DNA from: Candidatus Poribacteria bacterium
GTDB lineage: Bacteria > Poribacteria > WGA-4E > WGA-3G
Assembly (NCBI GenBank): GCA_965214095.1
Contig: OZ243938.1
Location: forward strand, 937,511-1,001,510
Direction of reading: 5' to 3'
Length of the DNA stretch: 64,000 nt
Shown: piece after piece, positions 8,493-18,568 of the stretch
How positions within the stretch are numbered: position 1 is the stretch's first letter
Layout: each line of letters begins with the position of its first letter
Notes under the pieces: generated by a model
What the model was told of the DNA's origin: nothing
What the model saw: the letters and a program-made list of their open reading frames with translations, nothing else
Databases searched by the model: none
Position numbers and translations under genes: made by a program

Positions 8493-10172
8493 TTACGGAA
8501 TTTGCAACTTATCTTTACAGTGTCGCGCAAGGGTTTTCATCTCACCAATAACCTGTGTTTCAGTTTGCATGAGTTGATTATAGAATGGTGGAACAGGTTC
8601 TCTTCCAAACAACTTATCAAAGAAACTACGTTGTGCCTCTATCGGCATCTCAAACCGAGATGTTTCTGCTCTTGAAGGATCTACGCCCAAATACGCAATT
8701 GTAAAATAGTGCGATCCATCATCTTTTATAATCTCTCCATTCTGAATACTGCCGGTAATCTTCCGTCCATAACTCACGGAATAGACTCTACCGGTCTTTT
8801 GACTCAGGACAGTATACCCACCCTCGTCAATCGATTCGTTCCAGCATTCCTCAAATCCATTCTGTGGAAGACGTTGGCGTAGTTCTTCTGCTGATCGCAC
8901 GACAAAACTATTCTGATGTGGTGCCTTGGTGATAACGAATTCCTCGTTCTGCTCCTTAATTGGGTGTTGACCTGAAAGTAGGTCAACACCATCAAGCGTC
9001 CAGACGACACCTGCTTGAATACCTTTTGCTAAGTTTTGGTGTGTCTCAACAAACTCGCCGTTGAGTGGATGAAGTTGGTAATCTCCATTTCCATTGAAAA
9101 CCGCTCTCAATTTTCTCCGATGATCTATCACGGAGAACCGTTTATCAGGAAGCGGTATCTCTAACTGCATTGTATATCCTATATCCAAATCTGTTGTGAG
9201 ATTTAGTTGTGATTTACGGAGGTTGGCAAGCCGTGTCAATGCAGTTTGACTTTTGGATAAAACGCGTCCGATTAGATATTTACTACGAAGATTAGGTATT
9301 TCAGTAGCAAGACACTCAAGTGTTGCTTCATCCAACTTCTCCAACATCACTTTGTGTTCCCAACGTGTGCCGCGTTCGTGTACAAGGATTTGAAACTGTT
9401 GTTTATTACCACTGGGACGAATATACCCAAGTGCAGTCCACGGGTCAAAGGTAGCACGATAATAGCCACTTGTTTCTGCATCACCGCCTGCTAAAACGCA
9501 ATCCCGTCGTTCGTATCGGGAATAGAGACCGAATTGGAATTCATAAGATTCGTAGTTTTCCAAAGCTTTACGCAGATCATGTGCAAACTCACTTCCTCGT
9601 GAAAACTTACTAAATATTTGTTCTGTCTGATGCGGCTGATTGAGAGCATCAAGGAAGGAACCGATTGGAATGCCTGCCTCCTCAACACCTTCGTCTTCAC
9701 TTTTCCCGAACACCTTTGTTTTCGTTTTGAAGGGAGGATTGCGAAGTGTTACATCACGCTGTGAAACAAGTTGTAGAGCGGGATCGTCAGACATACCTGC
9801 AAGTGTCGGTGCATCTCCAAGGATTTCAGCTAACTTTCTATCATCAATCTTATCCATTAACACCGTACCACGTTTGAGTTCAGCGAAATGGATAATATCA
9901 TTAAGGCTATATTGTAGCGGGGCACTAGATGATAGGTTGTCGTAATTTGAACGATGGAAACGGATACGTGGCTTTATACGAAAGACAGGTGTGAGACCGT
10001 AATCTTTCAGCAACGCATACAAGGTCACCGTATACGACTCCTCATGCACTTTCTGTGCGAGAATACCGCCATCAGAGGTTAAATTGTTGACGATTAACTG
10101 ATCTTGTACAGGACTGCTATCATTGCCAAAAATCATCATCCTATGTTCTTCTCTATTGTCATCAACTAACAT
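8493..10172 (-). CDS. Hypothetical protein (559 aa); no recognisable family
   Basis: Long ORF with a plausible start and no domain recognised by eye. Lies between the IS/MITE complex and the ROK kinase gene. Confidence 0.45.
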   Translation of the reverse strand: MLVDDNREEHRMMIFGNDSSPVQDQLIVNNLTSDGGILAQKVHEESYTVTLYALLKDYGLTPVFRIKPRIRFHRSNYDNLSSSAPLQYSLNDIIHFAELKRGTVLMDKIDDRKLAEILGDAPTLAGMSDDPALQLVSQRDVTLRNPPFKTKTKVFGKSEDEGVEEAGIPIGSFLDALNQPHQTEQIFSKFSRGSEFAHDLRKALENYESYEFQFGLYSRYERRDCVLAGGDAETSGYYRATFDPWTALGYIRPSGNKQQFQILVHERGTRWEHKVMLEKLDEATLECLATEIPNLRSKYLIGRVLSKSQTALTRLANLRKSQLNLTTDLDIGYTMQLEIPLPDKRFSVIDHRRKLRAVFNGNGDYQLHPLNGEFVETHQNLAKGIQAGVVWTLDGVDLLSGQHPIKEQNEEFVITKAPHQNSFVVRSAEELRQRLPQNGFEECWNESIDEGGYTVLSQKTGRVYSVSYGRKITGSIQNGEIIKDDGSHYFTIAYLGVDPSRAETSRFEMPIEAQRSFFDKLFGREPVPPFYNQLMQTETQVIGEMKTLARHCKDKLQIP

Positions 10173-10310
10173 GAACTTTTCCTCCCCTGATGTATACCAA
10201 ATTGGCTTCCAGTGTTTTCTGACATGATTGCATGCGAGGTGCGGTTACCTTGTGCTACAATCTCGGATAATTAGGTATAGATTATTTCTCTCAGTGCCAA
10301 ATTGATAGAT

Positions 10311-11285
10311 TTATTCCGAATTCAGTCTTTGTCTTGCCAGTGCGGCTGCACCAAGCACACCTGCATCATCCCCCAGTTCCGCTCTCACAATCTGAACACC
10401 TTTTAACGTATCGGGTAAAGCATACTTCTTAGCGGCTTTACGTATATTTTTTATGAAATTCTTGTCAAGTGCTTCAACAACACCCCCACCAAGCACAATC
10501 ATATCTGGATTTAGGAAATTTACAATAGAACCGATACCGACACCGAGATATTTTGTCGCCTTTTTAAAGACATTCTGTGTCAATTTGTCCTTACTCCGTA
10601 GTGCTTTGGCTAATGTGCCGCTGCGAATTTGCTGAAGGTCACCGTCAGTAAGCTTAGTAATGACACTCTTTTTTCCTTTTTTCATTATAGCATTTCTTAA
10701 TTGTTTTGTCATCGCCGTACGGCTTGCAAGTGCTTCCAAACATCCACGATTCCCACAACCACACTTCGGTCCACCTTCTTGGACAATAATATGTCCAATT
10801 TCACCGGCAGTTTTGCTAGCTCCGTGGAATAGTTCACCGTTTAGAATGATTCCACCACCGATTCCTGTGCCAACAAAGATCCCAACCAAATTCTGTACAC
10901 CGCGTCCTGCGCCGTAAGTATGTTCTCCGAGTGTGCCGACGTTAACATCGTTGTCTACAAAAGTTGGAATTCCGATGCGAGCTTCTAATTCTGTCTTTAA
11001 AGGGACATCTTTCCAACCAAGATTCGGAGCGAAGATTACAACACCTGTTTCCGGATCAAGCGGCCCCGGTGCACCGATACCAATAGCACGAATCGTATCT
11101 TCAGATACTTCCGATTTTTGGAAAGCCTCCTTAATACAGTCCGAAATTCGATCAATAACAATAGATGTATCGTCTTTTGCTTGTGTCGGCATTTTTGCTG
11201 TGGCTAAGATATTACCTGATGCATTCACAACTGCGGAGAGGATTTTGGTGCCACCCATATCCACCCCGATAACATTAGCGTCCAT
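10311..11285 (-). CDS. ROK-family glucokinase
   Basis: IGVDMGGTK ATP-binding motif, ROK signature, and the zinc motif CGCGNRGCLE. Confidence 0.8.
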   Translation of the reverse strand: MDANVIGVDMGGTKILSAVVNASGNILATAKMPTQAKDDTSIVIDRISDCIKEAFQKSEVSEDTIRAIGIGAPGPLDPETGVVIFAPNLGWKDVPLKTELEARIGIPTFVDNDVNVGTLGEHTYGAGRGVQNLVGIFVGTGIGGGIILNGELFHGASKTAGEIGHIIVQEGGPKCGCGNRGCLEALASRTAMTKQLRNAIMKKGKKSVITKLTDGDLQQIRSGTLAKALRSKDKLTQNVFKKATKYLGVGIGSIVNFLNPDMIVLGGGVVEALDKNFIKNIRKAAKKYALPDTLKGVQIVRAELGDDAGVLGAAALARQRLNSE

Positions 11286-11331
11286 TATAATTTCCTTTGT
11301 CTAATAGGTAATTTAAGATCTTGTAAAATTT

Positions 11332-11814
11332 CTATGTCGCAATAATCTCAAGGAGTTTTTGCTTAAAGTCCATTGCTGATAAATGCATCCATTTATTTAG
11401 AAATGTATCATAGTCAGCAATACGATTGTTATGTGTGCGCGAGCAGAGGGTATCAACCCCAAGTAATTCATCAGACCCAAGTAATTCATCAGAATTGTAA
11501 CTTGTCTTATGTTCTGTGAGGACACCCAAAATAACATCGTTGTCGTGAATATCACCAAGTATATCCTGCAGATCGACAATAGTGTCAAGAAAATCAGAAA
11601 ACCGGCTGTCGTAATTGACGGCAAAGAATTCCATTGTGTACCGCAGTCTTTTCACAGAAATTCGCATGTTATGAAGTTCATCTCGTCGCTCTGGGTCATT
11701 AATATACTTTTCCCAACTGTACACCTCTTCAACTCTCTGTGGTAAAACGGTACGCGCGTTCTGACGAAAACTTTGCTTCGGATTGAGACCTATTATTTTC
11801 TGTGGCTTTGCCAT
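11332..11814 (-). CDS. CHAD-domain protein (second of a translationally coupled pair)
   Basis: LHNMRISVKRLRYTMEFF matches the CHAD His/Arg helix motif. GGAGG lies 7 nt before the ATG, inside the 3' end of the upstream gene. Confidence 0.55.
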   Translation of the reverse strand: MAKPQKIIGLNPKQSFRQNARTVLPQRVEEVYSWEKYINDPERRDELHNMRISVKRLRYTMEFFAVNYDSRFSDFLDTIVDLQDILGDIHDNDVILGVLTEHKTSYNSDELLGSDELLGVDTLCSRTHNNRIADYDTFLNKWMHLSAMDFKQKLLEIIAT

Positions 11815-11815
11815 G

Positions 11816-12301
11816 TTACCCCTCCGATTGAAAGAATGTCAGAAATTTAGTTTCAAAGTCATTTACTTCAAGTTCAGCAAACAATTCCAACATCGGTTTT
11901 CGTGCAATTTCCCGTTTCTGTTGTAAGTTTTCAATCAGTCCATGGATATCACTTTGTTCCTCGGCAGGTAGCGTTTGCAACTCCGATTGAAAATGTGTAA
12001 TGAGAACATCAAGGTCACGGACTACCCCCATCGTTCGCGTTATAGTGCGTATCTGTTTGTAGTATCGCTTGAAAGGTTCTCTTTGAAAGCAATCCGAGAA
12101 GTTATCCATTGCAGCTCGTATACGACGAGAGGCAACCCTCATATCGTGGACGAATTCAATATTTGTGCCATCTATTGCCCCATTTTTGTGAGACATCATC
12201 TCTCGGAAATAGCCGACAATAATTAGTCGTGCACAGGTTTCCATATTCTCATTGGGTGCGACACCTTTGATTTCTATTGCAGCAGACATTTTAACACCCA
12301 T
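11816..12301 (-). CDS. CHAD-domain protein (first of the pair)
   Basis: VHDMRVASRRIRAAMDNF CHAD motif. The stop codon is separated by 1 nt from the downstream start. Confidence 0.55.
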   Translation of the reverse strand: MGVKMSAAIEIKGVAPNENMETCARLIIVGYFREMMSHKNGAIDGTNIEFVHDMRVASRRIRAAMDNFSDCFQREPFKRYYKQIRTITRTMGVVRDLDVLITHFQSELQTLPAEEQSDIHGLIENLQQKREIARKPMLELFAELEVNDFETKFLTFFQSEG

Positions 12302-12339
12302 TATATCATACCACTTTTATAAATGATATTCCCTTTTTT

Positions 12340-12545
12340 ATTGATAGGGTTATTTAGTTTTCGGTTTTTCTGCTATATTTTTCACATTTCAATATAACAC
12401 CTGTAGGTCGGGTAGAGGCACGAAACCCGACAAGCATTGAACGTGTCGGGTTTCGCTTTGCTCTACCCGACCTACGATATAAACTCTTAGTAACGTTCAT
12501 CAATTGAAAATTATTAAAACTAAATAACCCTGTTTTATTGAAATG
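12340..12545. mobile_element. MITE with TIR AGGGTTATTTAGTTTT, carrying a central approx 65-bp perfect palindrome (TGTAGGTCGGGTAGAG...CTCTACCCGACCTAC)
   Basis: Left TIR at 12346, right TIR (reverse complement) at 12517..12535. Homologous copy at 61190..61380. A solo palindrome copy is nested at 4541..4624. Confidence 0.55.
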
Positions 12546-12653
12546 TAAGAGGCGCAATAAATTGCTCAACTACAAATCAACTATTTCATTAATGGTATGT
12601 TCATTTTAGAATGGTATCATTAGCAATGAATACATTTTTTCCTACCCCAGTGC

Positions 12654-14054
12654 TCAAAAAAGGAATAAACTTGCAAACAGAAAGTAGGCAAAAATCCCAA
12701 TGACATCAATTGCAGTTGTAACGAATGGTCCTGTTGCAACAGCAGGATCAATATTCACACGTTTGAAAAACATCGGAATGATTGTTCCAACCGTAGCAGC
12801 AATTATCATATTCACAAAGATAGAAAGAGCAACGACAAGTGGCAACTTCCATGCAAATTCTCGGAATTGCGGAAAAAGATAAGCGAATCCTCCGAGAAGC
12901 ACACCATAAGTTGTACCGAGTAATGCCCCTGTGTTAAATTCACGCCACAAGACACGCCAAGTATCTTTGATGCCAACTTCACCAATTGCTATACTTCGCA
13001 CGATGATGGTGGAGGATTGAGTTCCTATATTTCCACCCATCCCCATGATGACAGGAATAAATGCGGCTAACGCAGCGATCTGTTTCAATTGTGCTTCAAA
13101 TATACCGATAACATATACCGCCAGTAACCCACCTGCAAAACTGGCAAGTAGCCACGGCAAACGTGCTCGCGTGTTTCTGAAAATGGAACGGGATGTAATA
13201 TCCAGATCACCTGTTCCTGCCATCTTAAGCATATCTTCTGTATTCTCTTCTCTGATCACATCAACGATATCGTCAATTGTTACAACACCCACTAACTTCC
13301 CGATGCTATTGATGACAGGAATTGCCAGCAAATTGTAACGAGCAACTGCACGTGCCACCGTTTCTTGTGGCATATCCGTATGAACAGTATATAGATGCGA
13401 TGTCATTAGATCCTTGAGTGGCGTATCAGGTTTTGTTTGCACCAGCTGCCGTAATGATAACACACCTTTTAGTGTGTTTTCTGCATCAACGACATAGACG
13501 TAGAAGGTAATCGGCGGTATGTCTATTTCAGTGAGATCCCGTATCATCTCAGTTGCTTCAGCGGCAGTGGTCTCTTGAGGTAATGCGAAATAATTCGGTG
13601 ACATAATCGCACCCGCAGTTTTTTCCTCATACTCAAGTAACCGTTCAACATTTTCAGAGGTAGTTCCCTCAATGAGATTTAGTAGTTCCTCCTTTTTCTC
13701 TTCAGGTAATTCGGATAGGATCTGTGTGACATCGTCAGCGGGAATTGTGTGTAAGACACTGGCAACAGTTTCAGGTTCAGTTTCTTCAACAAATTCGTTG
13801 ATGTCTGTAGCGTTTAGTTCGCATAGGACCTCACCCATACGTTGTTCTTCAATTAGAAGCGTGAAAAGGCTGCTTTTTTCTTCAAAACGTAGGCGCGGAA
13901 ACCATCTCGCGATATCTGCCGAATGCGTTTTAGCGATGATGTTACGAAGATTTGGCAAGGCACGCCGTTGAATCAAACGAACAACGGTAGAGATAAACAG
14001 TTCATCAACATCATGTGTTGTGATGATTGTTTGACCTTCCATATTTGTGCTCAA
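12654..14054 (-). CDS. mgtE: Magnesium transporter MgtE
   Basis: MgtE N-domain, tandem CBS domains, and the C-terminal 5-TM MgtE domain with GMGGNIGTQSS. Confidence 0.85.
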   Translation of the reverse strand: MSTNMEGQTIITTHDVDELFISTVVRLIQRRALPNLRNIIAKTHSADIARWFPRLRFEEKSSLFTLLIEEQRMGEVLCELNATDINEFVEETEPETVASVLHTIPADDVTQILSELPEEKKEELLNLIEGTTSENVERLLEYEEKTAGAIMSPNYFALPQETTAAEATEMIRDLTEIDIPPITFYVYVVDAENTLKGVLSLRQLVQTKPDTPLKDLMTSHLYTVHTDMPQETVARAVARYNLLAIPVINSIGKLVGVVTIDDIVDVIREENTEDMLKMAGTGDLDITSRSIFRNTRARLPWLLASFAGGLLAVYVIGIFEAQLKQIAALAAFIPVIMGMGGNIGTQSSTIIVRSIAIGEVGIKDTWRVLWREFNTGALLGTTYGVLLGGFAYLFPQFREFAWKLPLVVALSIFVNMIIAATVGTIIPMFFKRVNIDPAVATGPFVTTAIDVIGIFAYFLFASLFLF

Positions 14055-14078
14055 GAATAATTTTCTATGGTGGTAATT

Positions 14079-15152
14079 TTAGGACTTTGCTTGGTGGCGG
14101 AGTAGATGATCAGTAAGCACGAGTGCTGCCATCGCCTCAACGATTGCTGGTGCACGAATTAACACACACGGGTCGTGTCGTCCGCTTGCTTCTAATGTCA
14201 CCTCGTTCCCGTCTATGTCAACCGTCTGTTGTGGTTTACCAATAGTTGCTGTTGGCTTAAATGCGATTTGGAATACGATATTTTCTCCGTTTGAAATGCC
14301 ACCTTGTGTGCCTCCCGAATTGTTAGTTCTGGTGCGAATCTGTCCAGACTCATTGTAGAATGCATCGTTGTGTTCAGAACCAGTCATCGTAATACCGTCA
14401 AATCCTGATCCGATTTGAAACCCCATCGTTGCGGGTAGAGACATCATCCCCTTTGCTAAATCAGCTTTAAGTTTGTCAAAGACAGGTTCTCCGAGACCTA
14501 CCGGAACGTTACGGCATACGGATTCAATTATACCACCGAGAGAATCCTTATCACGCCGTGCCTGATCAATACGTTCTGCCATTTTTGGACTTACAATTGG
14601 GTCAGGACATCGCACAGGACTTGCTTCTATTTCATCATGCGTAACCGTGTCTGCATCTACTGTGGCTTGGAGTGTATGTATCTGTTTGACATAAGCGAGT
14701 GTTTCAGTTTCACATCTCACATGTAGGATCTGCTTTGCAATTGCCCCTGCAGCGACGCGTCCGATGGTCTCGCGTGCACTTGCTCTACCACCACCTTGCC
14801 AATTCCGAATACCATACTTTTCCTGATAAGTAAAGTCAGCATGTGACGGACGGTATAGGTTTTTCAGGTGTTCATAAGCGGATGGTCGTGCGTCCTTGTT
14901 CCATACTAACATAGAGATAGGCGTGCCGAGGCTTTTTCCTTCAAACACACCAGAAAGTATTTCAACAACGTCTGCCTCTTGACGCGGCGTAGTCAGATGA
15001 CTTTGCCCAGGTCTCCTCCGATGAAGTTCATACTGTATAGCGTCTATGTCTATATCAATCTGTGGAGGGCACCCATCTATCACAACACCGACAGCACCAC
15101 CATGGGATTCACCCCAAGTTGTTATTCGAAAAAGGTGTCCAAAAGTATTCAT
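14079..15152 (-). CDS. aroC: Chorismate synthase
   Basis: [31 protein letters not shown]-terminus and full-length AroC pattern. Confidence 0.9.
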   Translation of the reverse strand: MNTFGHLFRITTWGESHGGAVGVVIDGCPPQIDIDIDAIQYELHRRRPGQSHLTTPRQEADVVEILSGVFEGKSLGTPISMLVWNKDARPSAYEHLKNLYRPSHADFTYQEKYGIRNWQGGGRASARETIGRVAAGAIAKQILHVRCETETLAYVKQIHTLQATVDADTVTHDEIEASPVRCPDPIVSPKMAERIDQARRDKDSLGGIIESVCRNVPVGLGEPVFDKLKADLAKGMMSLPATMGFQIGSGFDGITMTGSEHNDAFYNESGQIRTRTNNSGGTQGGISNGENIVFQIAFKPTATIGKPQQTVDIDGNEVTLEASGRHDPCVLIRAPAIVEAMAALVLTDHLLRHQAKS

Positions 15153-15343
15153 TTCTCAGTTCCGTTACAAACGGTTAGTCAAGTATATCTCTTCATTGCA
15201 TCTTATTACATAATCTTAAGATATACTATAGCAAATTGTCAACAATCATGCAATGCAATATTTGAAGGGCATTCCACAGCATTAGATTGGGAAAAGATAG
15301 AGGAGTAATACAAGTTATGCAAAACTTGGATCATAGAGATACT

Positions 15344-16186
15344 TTAGAACTGTATCTCTGCTGAAATAAAATCAGACACTGTAGGTCCTTCATATATTCG
15401 TCCATAATTGACAATTACATCAATGATCCGCAGACCAACACCAGCAGTTATATTTCCATCAGAACTTCCGACTCGCATAGAAAATAAGGATGATGGCACC
15501 CATTCAATACCGAAGTATTGTTCATGCTTTGCCTCCTCAGTTGAGATTGCGATGTCTGCAGAAAATAGATAGGTATCATGACGGTAGGCAGCACCGAGTG
15601 TGACCCACTGAATTCTATGTGCATCAAGATTCTGTAACAAGATTCCAAATTTGAGTTCTGGACGCGGTTTAAACAGCAAACCGATGTCATAAGATGTGTG
15701 ATAACCGAAGAATTGATAATAATCGGAAGGATGCCGACGTTTGAATTTTAGACTAAATCCCGCAGCAAAATACGGACCAAGTTGCCGTGCAAAACTGTAA
15801 TAATTAAAATCTGGAACCCCACTTGATACATCAAGTGCAATTTTATTACCCCAATACAAACTGTTGCCACGCCAACTAAATCCAACACCTTTGGGGTCAA
15901 ACCGGTAATAGTACTGGTCATGAAACTTAGTTAGACCGAATAGTTTAACGCCTTGCCACTGAATTAATCCTGCGGGATTCCAAAAACCTGCGGTAGCATC
16001 ATCAGCAACTGCGGTAAAGGCGTTTCCCATTGATAATGCGCGTGCCCCCACATATAACGGACGTGCAATTTCAAACGGATATTTCGTTTGTCCCAATGCG
16101 TGTGTTGTCAACAACAGAAAACAAGTTGCAATGACACATATATGAAGAATCTTAAAACAACGTCCTGAAAACCCTATTCCAATCAT
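15344..16186 (-). CDS. Outer-membrane beta-barrel protein of the FadL/PorV/PorP-like superfamily. Size (280 aa) fits PorP/SprF-type.
   Basis: Signal peptide followed by SMGNAFTAVADDATAGFWNPAGL, the hallmark N-terminal motif of FadL-like barrels. C-terminal aromatic residue. Confidence 0.45.
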   Translation of the reverse strand: MIGIGFSGRCFKILHICVIATCFLLLTTHALGQTKYPFEIARPLYVGARALSMGNAFTAVADDATAGFWNPAGLIQWQGVKLFGLTKFHDQYYYRFDPKGVGFSWRGNSLYWGNKIALDVSSGVPDFNYYSFARQLGPYFAAGFSLKFKRRHPSDYYQFFGYHTSYDIGLLFKPRPELKFGILLQNLDAHRIQWVTLGAAYRHDTYLFSADIAISTEEAKHEQYFGIEWVPSSLFSMRVGSSDGNITAGVGLRIIDVIVNYGRIYEGPTVSDFISAEIQF

Positions 16187-16209
16187 TATTTTCCTATAGA
16201 TTATTTGTT

Positions 16210-16342
16210 ATACCATTTCTATAAATGTTTATTCCATTAACAAATGTTTATTCCATTAACATTTGTTAAGAATGTCTTGTAGGATGGCACAAACTGGCAG
16301 TTTGTGCTACAAAAATGCGGTGTTTTCTATTAGAAATGGTAT
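16210..16342. mobile_element. MITE (TIR ATACCATTTCTA) with a central 21-bp palindrome GCACAAACTG-G-CAGTTTGTGC. This is the uninterrupted (empty-site) version of the element at 18317..18545.
   Basis: ATACCATTTCTATA at 16210 and TAGAAATGGTAT at 16331..16342. Internal short tandem duplication ATGTTTATTCCATTAACA x2. Confidence 0.6.
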
Positions 16343-16548
16343 TAGTATTTGCATAATATCTTTTTGCCAATTGTAATAAATCAAGACTATCTAAAGTATA
16401 GTATAGTCAGATGCTGATGTCAAGATGCATAAAATTGCTTTGCTTGCATCAATACACATCATCTGCTAAAATAAGACATCCATCTGAACAAAAAACCACA
16501 GCTGATTTATGAAATCAACTTGTAGAATTTCTGACCTATCACAGTAAT

Positions 16549-17229
16549 ATGAATCAATCTGAATCTGGCATCCTTTACCTCGTTAGTACACCCATCGGTA
16601 ATTTAGAAGACATCACCCTGCGCGCACTTCGCATTCTCAAAGAGGTAGACCTCATCGCTGCAGAAGACACCCGAAAAACACGCAGACTTCTATCACACTA
16701 TGAGATCAAAACCCCTCTCACGAGTTATTTTGAAGGCAACCAGCAGGTAAAAGCAGAAAAACTCGTTGCAAGGTTAAAGGCAGGAGAATCTATTGCACTC
16801 GTATCAGACGCTGGTACACCGATTATTTCAGATCCCGGCTACCCACTCCTACAAGAATGTATTGCTGAATCTATCCCAATTGTGCCGATACCCGGTGCAT
16901 CAGCAATTCTTGCGGCAGCCGCTGTCTCCGGTCTCCCACTTCATAACTTCACATTTCATGGCTTTCTCTCACCGAAATCCGGCAAACGGAAACGACAATT
17001 AGCACTGCTTGCAGAGGAAGAACGCACACTTATCCTGTTTGAGTCACCGCATAGACTCTGTCGTTTCCTTGAGGACGCAATGGCTGTGATGGGGGAACGT
17101 GATATTGTGATTACACGTGAATTAACCAAAAAATTTGAAGAGATATTCAGAGGCAATATCAGTCAGGCACTTGAAAAATTCAGAAATACTGCCCCCCGTG
17201 GGGAATTTACTATCGTAATTGGAGCATGA
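16549..17229 (+). CDS. rsmI: 16S rRNA (cytidine1402-2'-O)-methyltransferase RsmI
   Basis: LYLVSTPIGNLEDITLRALRILKEVDLIAAEDTR tetrapyrrole-methylase fold motif. Confidence 0.85.
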   Translation: MNQSESGILYLVSTPIGNLEDITLRALRILKEVDLIAAEDTRKTRRLLSHYEIKTPLTSYFEGNQQVKAEKLVARLKAGESIALVSDAGTPIISDPGYPLLQECIAESIPIVPIPGASAILAAAAVSGLPLHNFTFHGFLSPKSGKRKRQLALLAEEERTLILFESPHRLCRFLEDAMAVMGERDIVITRELTKKFEEIFRGNISQALEKFRNTAPRGEFTIVIGA

Positions 17230-18185
17230 AATTGTCTAAAAGAAAAATGAAGGATATTAACAACATAGCAGTCATCGGTGCGGGATTGATGGGACACGGT
17301 ATCGCACAAGAGTTTGCTTGTGCTGGCTATCGTGTCTATATCCATGACATTTCCGATGATCTACTTCACAATGCCCGCGAACAGATTGACAGAAACTTAA
17401 AACTACTTGCAGAACACGGTATTATTGAACAATCGAATATACCCGAAACACTGCAACGCATTGAGACCACAACTGAACTTTTAGCTGCCGTTGAAGCAGC
17501 TGATTATGTTGTAGAAGCAGTAACCGAGAATCTGCCGTTAAAACAACAGATTTTTGAGAAATTGGACAACTTGTGTCAACCACATACTATTTTAGCAAGC
17601 AACACAACAGCGTTGATGCCGAGTCAGATAGGTATTAACACCAAACGTCCGGATAAGATACTCAACACACACTACTTTAATCCACCATACTTGATTCCCC
17701 TTGTTGAGTTAATTCGGAGTCCCAACACATCTGATGAGACGGTATCTGTGACGTTTGACCTCTTAACTGCTATTGGAAAGACACCTGCTATTATTGAGAA
17801 AGAAGCACTCGGATTTGTGGGACCGAGACTACAAGCAGCTCTCATCAGAGAAGCATTTGCGATTGTTGAACAGGGGATTGCCAGTGCTGAGACGGTTGAT
17901 CTTGTCGTGCGTAATAGTTTTGGAAGACGACTTAGTGTTGCCGGACCTTTTGAAGTCTTTGAACTCGCTGGATGGGATTTGGTGCTTGCCGCCTTTGAAG
18001 AACTCTATAAAGACCTAAACAGTTCTCCCGATATCAATCCGCTTCTGCAAGAGATGGTGAATTCAGGGAAACTCGGAGTGAAATCTGGAGAAGGATTTTA
18101 TCAATGGACTGATGAACGACAGCAAACCCTCCGCGACAAAATGAGTCAGGCATTGATTCATGCTATGAAAGAGGAGGAGAAATAG
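17226..18185 (+). CDS. 3-hydroxyacyl-CoA / 3-hydroxybutyryl-CoA dehydrogenase
   Basis: IAVIGAGLMGHGIAQ NAD-binding motif and the 3HCDH N- and C-domains. Overlaps the rsmI stop by 4 nt (ATGA). Confidence 0.8.
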   Translation: MKLSKRKMKDINNIAVIGAGLMGHGIAQEFACAGYRVYIHDISDDLLHNAREQIDRNLKLLAEHGIIEQSNIPETLQRIETTTELLAAVEAADYVVEAVTENLPLKQQIFEKLDNLCQPHTILASNTTALMPSQIGINTKRPDKILNTHYFNPPYLIPLVELIRSPNTSDETVSVTFDLLTAIGKTPAIIEKEALGFVGPRLQAALIREAFAIVEQGIASAETVDLVVRNSFGRRLSVAGPFEVFELAGWDLVLAAFEELYKDLNSSPDINPLLQEMVNSGKLGVKSGEGFYQWTDERQQTLRDKMSQALIHAMKEEEK

Positions 18186-18316
18186 TGTGGCATCAATCGT
18201 AAGGTTATATTTAGTCTTTATCAGTTACATACTCTCACAATAATTGGCACGAACAAGCATAAACCAATTGACACCATATATGCTTTAAGGTAAATTCATT
18301 TCAAAATAACCTCATA

Positions 18317-18545
18317 ATACCATTTCTATAAATGTTTATCCCATTAACATTTGTTAAGAATGTCTTAAACGATGGCACAAACTGGATGAAGATTAAGAAA
18401 TAAATAGGATAATTTCCTTGAGAAGTCCGGTGCGGTTAGGAAACCGCACCTACCGGGTTTGGGAAAATGAGAATTACCCGTTTAATAAATTAATCTTCAT
18501 GCAGTTTGTGCTACAAAATGCGGTGTTTTCAATTAGAAATGGTAT
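18317..18545. mobile_element. Second copy of the ATACCATTTCTA-TIR MITE. It carries a nested 115-bp MITE (18386..18500, TIR ATGAAGATTAA) inserted exactly at the centre of its internal palindrome.
   Basis: Outer flanks match 16210..16342. Inner element ATGAAGATTAAG...CTTAATCTTCAT contains a REP hairpin GGTGCGGTTAGGAAACCGCACC. A second inner-type copy is at 58166..58280. Confidence 0.65.
18429..18455. repeat. REP-like element, stem variant GGTGCGGTT/AACCGCACC
   Basis: Compensatory double change relative to the GGTTCGGTT/AACCGAACC variant. Same AGGA loop and TACCG tail. Confidence 0.7.
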
Positions 18546-18568
18546 AACTACAAAAAAGGAATAGGCTC

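Noticed and set aside
18421-18435. GAGAAGTCCGG resembling the RNase P RNA P4 region
   Set aside because: It is part of the 115-bp MITE, with an identical copy at 58203, and no surrounding RNase P secondary-structure elements are present.
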